This document shows positions 51,901 through 57,683 of a stretch of 57,683 nucleotides of DNA, piece by piece. The number at the start of each line of letters is the position of its first letter. Positions within the stretch are counted from its first letter, which is position 1. Below the pieces are notes generated by a model. That model saw only the letters and a program-made list of their open reading frames with translations, was not told the origin of the DNA and ran no database searches. This DNA is from Girardia tigrina (taxonomy: Eukaryota): contig MQRK01202569.1 in NCBI GenBank assembly GCA_001938485.1, positions 1-57,683 of the forward strand, given 5' to 3'. The translations under genes and the position numbers were made by a program.

Positions 51901-54900
51901 AAATATTCATTTTATTTGAATTTTATTAAAAATTTTAAAATCACTTAAGGATAAGATTAAAAATTAGATATTTTAAACATAAAAAATGAATATTAAATAT
52001 AAAGTATTTTCAAAAAATTTAAAAATACTAAAAATAAATTACATGTTATTTTTAAAAAAAATGCAAAATTTAAAAAAACAGAATATAATATTTCATTTAA
52101 AAAACAAAATTTTAAAAACATTTAAAAGGTTAAAATAAACAACAAATTAAAAAAAATATATTTCGACGGATCTACTGTCATCTTAAGGTCACTAACTAAT
52201 AATCAATTCACCTGTATATAAACATTTTAAGCAAAATAACAAAGAATTTTTGTTTTTATAAAGTCTATCTAAGAAAAATATTAATGTATGTAAATTTATA
52301 ATTTACTAATTTTAGTTTTAATCAATTTTTAATCAATCCATCGGTTAAAATACAGAAAATGCTGATATCGGAGTCATATAATGTTTTGCAAAATCACTTG
52401 CAGAATACATCATAAATTCCGCTGAAAAATAAAAATCGGACATATGATACGGTTTTTGTTCCAATAAACTTTATTTTTTCCACCAATAAAGCATGATTCT
52501 TGCATTTCTTTTTCTCCAATTTCCCTCTCGGAAAATGCTCTAAAACTCCGATTCCTCATCAATATCGGAAAAATCTTCATCGAGGATTTCTTCATCCAAT
52601 TCTAAGTCTTAGAAGATTTTCTAAATTAGCAAACACTTTTCAGGGATGAAATAAATTAATATTTATTTAAATAATATTTGGGGCCATTTTGATCCAAGCG
52701 ACTAAAAGAGGGTTAAAAATATTTTACATTAATTCTGTAATTATAAACATGAAAATTTTTCTTATTTGATTAGATATTAGACTTTATGTTTTTCTTTTCA
52801 TTTTGAAATCAAATGTTTTAAATAAATATATTAAAGAAGTTTTAATAAAATGAAAATTGGCAAATATTATATTACTTAACTAAGCTATTTTATTGAAACA
52901 AACAAGATCAGTAAAAACTATAATATTTATAATGGCCACAGCATGAAGCGAAGCAAATCCACAGCTACAACCTTGCTGCCACCAGTCAGTCTCTATGACA
53001 CATGTGGTTTGTACCAGTGCTCGAAGTGGGAAAGAATAAGTGCCGGTATGCGGAAACCGGCCATACAATGATTTTGCTCCTCCGCTACTCAACGCCAACA
53101 CCTTGACGTCAACTCCCACGCCCCCTCCCCGATTTTTTAATATATTTAAAAAAACAGTGGTTTCTTTTCATTTCCGCTCACCAAAATTGTATACAACCCC
53201 CACACATTAACGAACCCTGAGGGAAACCAAAAACCTTTCTCCGTTTAAATCTTATTAACTACCCAATAAAGATATTCACCAGTGTGTGTAATGGTAACTA
53301 TAGTAACTACAGATCTCACTAAGTGTCCAGTCAACAATAAAATGTCTAGAGCTGACATATTTTGTAAATGCAACCGACATCCACTACCCCGATGTATCTG
53401 CTACTCTATCTACAGCGCGCACACTCGTGTGTGAGGTTTGTGTATATATGAGAGAGATAGCAGTGGCAGGGGGCGATAGAAAGAGAGAGTAAGACATTAC
53501 GGTTAGTCGTTAGTGGTAGTGACACTCCTGCTTACATTATGCTGTGCTTGTGTGTGCGTTTGTTTGTGTGAGGCATAATATACAGCAGTTGAGGTGAGAC
53601 GGAAACGTAGTCATATAATTCATTCCTTAATAAATGCTTTCCAATTTTTAAGCCTTAGGAAAAACAAGTGCCGGTATGAGCCGGTATTCCCCTTAAAAAT
53701 CATACTGCCTTAAAATCAAATAAGTGCCGGTAGAGCGGAGAATTGCCGATTTGACCGAACATTTTTGCCAGTTTTAGAAATTCATAAATAAAACATATAA
53801 TTAAATTAATAAATTAAATAAATTAAAATAGTTAAATAAATAAAAAAGAAATTAAATTAAATTAAAGTCAAAAGAAAAAATTAAAATAACATAGATAAAT
53901 AATCGAGGAAATTAATCTGATTAAATGTTCAGATAATTCGAAATATTTTTATAGAGACCTGTAATTAGTGACATGATTAAGTCGACAAATGAATTTTATT
54001 ATTATTCGAATGAAGTTTCAATTCCACGCATAAATGACTATAATTAATATATTCGATCGAATGGTGAGCCTCATTTTTTTTATTGTTTGCATGTGAATGT
54101 ATGAGGAGAATGTGATTGATTGAAAGTTAGGTGTGTGTAAATAAATGAGAATGAATAAATAATTGAGATTGACTGAAGGTGTGTATGCGTGTTTGTGTGT
54201 ATGAATGTAATCTGTATGTGAATGTAAGTAAATGATTGGATGAATGTGTATTTTTTATGTGTGTGTTAATTTTGTGAATTGTTATCACAATTTTAAATCA
54301 ATTAAAAAAATTAGCTTAAAAAATAAATGCGCCAATCTATCTCAGTTTTTTTTAAATAAAAATTTGTGAACAATCGTCAATTTTCAATTTCAATTTAAAA
54401 GAGAATTTTGTCAATAAAATAAAAAAAAATAAATTGACAAAAATAATGAAAATGTGGGAAAAATTCGGACATGAAGTTAAAAGCCAATATAAAGATGAAC
54501 AACTGAAAGTCATTTGTTCAGCCAATTTAAAATTGGTGCCTGAATTCATCATAAAATCGATAAAGAGTGCGCCGGCAGATAAAGATGCGTGTCATCATTT
54601 TCTCGGTTGGGATATCGCTACATTTGAATTGCGTAAACGAGATGGGATTCCGCTGAATATTTTCAATGAAATGAAAAGCACTTTTCAACCGACATGCACA
54701 ATGAAAAACAATTCTTCTCTTTCTAAAATATCTCGGAGACATGGCTTCCTTTCCAGCCGGTATGTCATACTGCCTCGAAAACAAGTGGCGGTATGGCATA
54801 CCGCCACATCCCGGCTCACTTCGAGCCCTGGTTTGTACTGAACAATATGTCAAATTATACATTTATATCATAATTTTAAAAATCACAAATTACATATAAA

Positions 54901-56488
54901 CACAATTTTTAATTACAAAAAAGCTATAACAGAATTATTAAAAAAATATTTTCTGTTTTCAATTGAAGATAATTCTTATGTTGAAACTGACGAATTTCGA
55001 CAATTTAATTTAGTAAACTTATGATTTAGAGAGGATGTCAAAGATTTTTTATCTAAATACGAAATAATTTTTTAAGTCATTCACATCAGTGAAGAAATTT
55101 AGTCAACAATTGTGAAGGTATTTTAAATCGAAACCTTCTGGGGACCTATGAAGATATGGACAGATTGCGAAAGATTCTCAAAATATTGATGTCTTTAATT
55201 AAGAACTTGTTATATTTAAACATTATTTTATTTCGGTATAAAAAATCTATTTTCCAAGTCTTTTATCAAAATTTTCGGCATAAAATACTACAATTTCTGA
55301 ACATTAAACAAAATTTTTGATATTTATGAGGAGTTAGTTAAAATTTTCACTCGCCAAAATAATTTAGTAATTTTTTTAAATTTGAAAATTTTATAAATTA
55401 AATAAATACAAAAATTTATCAAACTAAAAAAAGTTTAAATGATTTTTAAATGAAAACAAACAAAAATAAATAATTTTAAAAAATCAAAAAAATGTTTATA
55501 TTCATAACAATTCGTATATTTTAATAAAAGAATTAAAATAAGAATTTTAAAATAAATAATAAACTGATTAAAATTTATTATATATTTAAGAAATAATTTT
55601 TGATTTTATGATAAAATTTTATAAATGAATTTTATAATTTTACAAATTAAATTGAAAGAAAAAATTTAAATAATGGATTTTTGCAAAATGATTAAATAAA
55701 CGGAAAATTTGTTCATGTATGTGTATTATTTTAATTAATAAAGTTTTGCGATAAATATAAATTCTGAAATTTTGGATAACGCAAATGACAAATACAACTA
55801 ACAATATTATTTTACCCTTCAGTTTTGTATCTTAAACTTCTTAAAAGTTGTTTTTAATATAGAAAAACAATTTAAATATTTAAAATAATTATTGATTTGT
55901 TGTATTTTGTAGTCAATAAATAAAGCGAATATAAAATACCCAAAATTGAAGTAATTTTTGTCCATCAAAATGAGGTTGGATTGCATCAAACGAGACATGA
56001 TATAATATTGAATGTTCTCTATATAACTTCGATTAAGGGAAGAATATGTCGATGTAACATCTTCATTAATGGAAATAAAAATGTTTGCTTTGTAAATGTT
56101 GTAAATAACAACAACTAAAAGAAATTAAGTAATTCAATAAAACATTGAAAAAAATATACGATTAAACAAATTATAAAGTGATGTCCATGGGGATATCATT
56201 GATACAATGTTATTGAGATCAGAAAGTAATGGACTTCTTGTGAGCATTGAACCATGGAATTCGACAACGCCGGTTGCATAACTAAACATAACTTTATGTA
56301 ACATATTTTTCCAAAACTACTTAACTTGATATTTAAAACTTCTGCTTGAAAGAAAATTCCATATGGTAAAAGCAAATTAATGATGTTGAAATAAACTGAG
56401 TTAATGTAATTTGCGAGAGCTTCTTGTTGATACCCTTTGATCATGTAGCTTGGTACATTCATCGAGCCAGTTACATAAAATTCATAAA
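33919..56488 (-). CDS. Gene B: type-I transmembrane mucin with three SEA/SEA-like domains (MUC1-like architecture)
   Basis: Exons 56488-56326, 56281-56160, 56114-55940, 46782-46640, 46592-46560, 44988-44397, 42991-42861, 42812-42780, 37109-37003, candidate 33960-33919; all GT-AG and phase-compatible. Start/signal exon not securely found. Confidence 0.85.
34744..35976 (+). mobile_element. Mariner (Mos1/mauritiana-like), full-length size, frameshifted
   Basis: Perfect TIR TTAGGTGTATAACTTAGTTTTTTGGATTTT, TA TSD; IVTGDEKWIYY, LLHDNTRPH. Confidence 0.93.
37003..37109 (-). CDS. Gene B transmembrane exon
   Basis: tttcag|...TAT|gtgagt; TPGSTYLDSNFPPWGIALIIVCVTVIIVVAIILIY. Confidence 0.88.
37250..37930 (-). 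mobile_element. Tc1-like transposase remnant
   Basis: IFQDDSSPAN, WPCNRSDLNLIKNLW, KAKEDLTKY. Confidence 0.75.
38232..39493. mobile_element. Mariner-sized element, interior gapped
   Basis: Perfect TIR TTAGGTGTACAAGTATGAAATGCGGATT, TA TSD, 1262 bp. Confidence 0.9.
40547..42020 (+). mobile_element. Frameshifted C2H2 zinc-finger ORF, probably the 5' part of a non-LTR retrotransposon
   Basis: HQCSVEKCYKEYSEKKELNRHTKKDH and FPCALCKKSYKMKGWLTRHL; intronless; broken into several ORFs; lies inside a gene B intron; no RT seen. Confidence 0.55.
42486..42701. mobile_element. piggyBac-type MITE
   Basis: TTAA|CCCCTTTACCGTG ... CACAGTAAAGGGG|TTAA. Confidence 0.8.
42780..42812 (-). CDS. Gene B 33-bp exon
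   Basis: ttacag|...|gtaaga; INSTVLYIPTS; phase 1-1. Confidence 0.85.
42861..42991 (-). CDS. Gene B exon, C-half of SEA with GSVVV
   Basis: ttcag|...|gtaagt; (I)EGSVVVDMEITTASATPVNSDSVTQIVKENAPKAFDSSMTILN. Confidence 0.93.
43169..43560 (+). mobile_element. 5' fragment of a mellifera-type mariner
   Basis: TIR TTGGGTTGGCCAAAAAGTCATTGCG; MENQNEHIRHVLLHYFRKGK...DAPRSGRP. Confidence 0.88.
44397..44988 (-). CDS. Gene B large exon: Ser/Thr mucin tract plus N-half of SEA
   Basis: 592-bp open frame DTNYLTTTTTSSTITT...VDMKCSFNETYKKEYGDTNSVEYQSYTKSIYNKLVAAF...NSI; atag acceptor, gtaagt donor. Confidence 0.92.
46191..46346. mobile_element. pogo/Tigger-like MITE
   Basis: Inverted GAATATAAGACCACCCTAAATATGA / TCATATTTAGGGTGGTCTTATATTC. 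Confidence 0.75.
46560..46782 (-). CDS. Gene B exons 46782-46640 and 46592-46560
   Basis: LESLISENRNGILSYFLVSSTNDNLFEVQRQIQNIFLSLPSTVDPFN and TNIERYYRYLT; 47-bp intron; homologous to gene A 2147-2379. Confidence 0.88.
47238..47741 (+). mobile_element. Internally deleted Tc1-like element
   Basis: TA|CAGCTGTGGACAAAAGTCTGTTGACT ... AGTCAACAGACTTTTGTCCACAGCTG|TA; FMHDGAPCHQA. Confidence 0.9.
48838..49035. repeat. Tandem GGGCATAGTTGCCCAATTATTT palindromic units (probable TE subterminal repeats)
   Basis: About 5 copies next to a gap. Confidence 0.65.
50330..51286 (+). mobile_element. Degenerate mariner
   Basis: INEVWSEGSV, IDNDQLKELVEAD, PKFHHKKVLITV; right TIR ...CAGCAACCTAATA. Confidence 0.8.
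53015..54830. mobile_element. Non-autonomous hAT element
   Basis: TIR CAGTGCTCGAAGTG / CACTTCGAGCCCTG; perfect 8-bp TSD GTTTGTAC (53007-53014, 54831-54838); CCGGTATG subterminal repeats. Confidence 0.9.
55940..56488 (-). CDS. Gene B 5' exons (163, 122, 175 bp) encoding divergent SEA-like domains
   Basis: Three open exons separated by 44- and 45-bp GT-AG introns: YEFYVTGSMNV...EALANYINSVYFNIINLL...QAEVLNIN|YATGVVEFHGSML...LYNLFN|LVVIYNIYKANIFISINE...YIENIQYYIMSRL...YFNFG. The last donor is phase 2, matching the 46782 acceptor. Confidence 0.72.
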
Positions 56489-57683
56489 CTAACCAAGGAC
56501 AGAAATAATTATATGTTAATAAGTAATCACACCATCAATAAATATAATAAAAACTATTTAATTACAACATCAAGTATTCAAAAAAGTAATTAAATATTAA
56601 ATATGTATTCTTTTCAGATAAATGTTAATTAAATTAAACTTTGAAGACAATTGAAATTTAGAAAAGAAGCTTTTAAGAAGATCAATTTAAAATGAAAGAA
56701 GAACTCGAAAGATCATTTAGAATGAACTGTATAGAGTAAATAGTTACTGTTTAACATTGATTGGTATTGATTATTTTCGTTTTTGTGTTTCTTATGTTTT
56801 AAAATGCTTTAAGAGTGGTTATTTACAAATGTTACGCAGTAAAACCCGTAAAATAAATAATAATGATTATCGGGTTTTGATTGGTAAATTTAATCACAAT
56901 TATGAAAGGACAATTACTGAAGCATTGTTACTTTGAATGTACAAATTGATTTGTCCAATCATAATTGAATATTTTGACGTAGCACGTGGCGACGTAATCG
57001 TCATTCTACTATATAAACTATAACTTTTTACTTGAATACAGAACTGAAGGTGTCACAAAAGTGGCGAAACATGTTTTCAAATAAAAATTTTAAATTGAAA
57101 TGGTGTTATTTTAAGGTATTGGAAAATAGTTTGATTTGACAAAAATATCCAAATACTTTGGAATTAAAATAATTTTAAAAACGATTTTTGTGAATTTAAC
57201 TTTTGTTGACAAGTTTTAGGATTTTTTGATTAAAATGAGTTTTTTTCAATAAAATATTTCAAATTTCTGAAAATTAATAAATACGACTTAAACAAAATTA
57301 AAAATATTAAAACTTGCGGTAATACTCTGTTTCATGGCTATAGGTTAATAGTTTTACTACAACACAATTTTTACAATCTTACTAAAGTTTTTAAGAGAAA
57401 AGTTTTGTTTTTTTTAAGCACTTTTCATATACCTTCACTGTATTTCATCTTGTCAAGAATGGGCCATTTACTTTTGCCTATATCTCAGCATTTAGACCAC
57501 ATAGAAACTTCAAATTTTCACTGAATGATTTGTTAGGTCTTAAGGTACATGGGAAAAAAAATCTATACGAGGGAAATACAGCAAGATACGCCCTGCTAAG
57601 TACCTCAAGGAGAAAATTATTAAAAGTACAGAAAAGACAAAAATGAAGAAAATAAGAAAAATCTGTACGAGGGAAATACAGCA

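Noticed and set aside
57555-57683. Direct repeat TACGAGGGAAATACAGCA
   Set aside because: Only two copies, truncated by the window end; cannot be interpreted.

Overview
Very AT-rich, transposon-dense eukaryotic (probably invertebrate metazoan) draft scaffold with N gaps. No prokaryotic features, CRISPR, rRNA or tRNA were found. The ORF track misses the real genes. Reading splice sites by hand reveals two convergent (tail-to-tail) paralogous spliced genes. Gene A (+, 2147 to ~22639) has its 5' end outside the window. Gene B (-, ~56488 to ~33919) is nearly complete. Gene B encodes two divergent SEA-like domains, a Ser/Thr mucin tract, a SEA domain with the autoproteolytic GSVVV motif, a short stalk and a TM helix with a MUC1-like 'PxWGIAL' start. 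Gene A shows the second half of one SEA-like domain, a Thr/Pro mucin tract, a SEA domain with GSVIV and a stalk built from symmetric micro-exons (39/39/15/9 nt). Its C-terminus is unresolved. Introns are either ~44-65 bp or kb-sized and filled with mariner/Tc1, MULE, hAT, piggyBac-type MITEs, Chapaev3, Ty3/gypsy, Penelope-like and zinc-finger non-LTR remnants. The Penelope-like repeats carry minimal hammerhead ribozyme motifs. Between the two genes lies a decayed, apparently tandemly duplicated coiled-coil/ubiquitin-like (LKGG-M) fusion unit.
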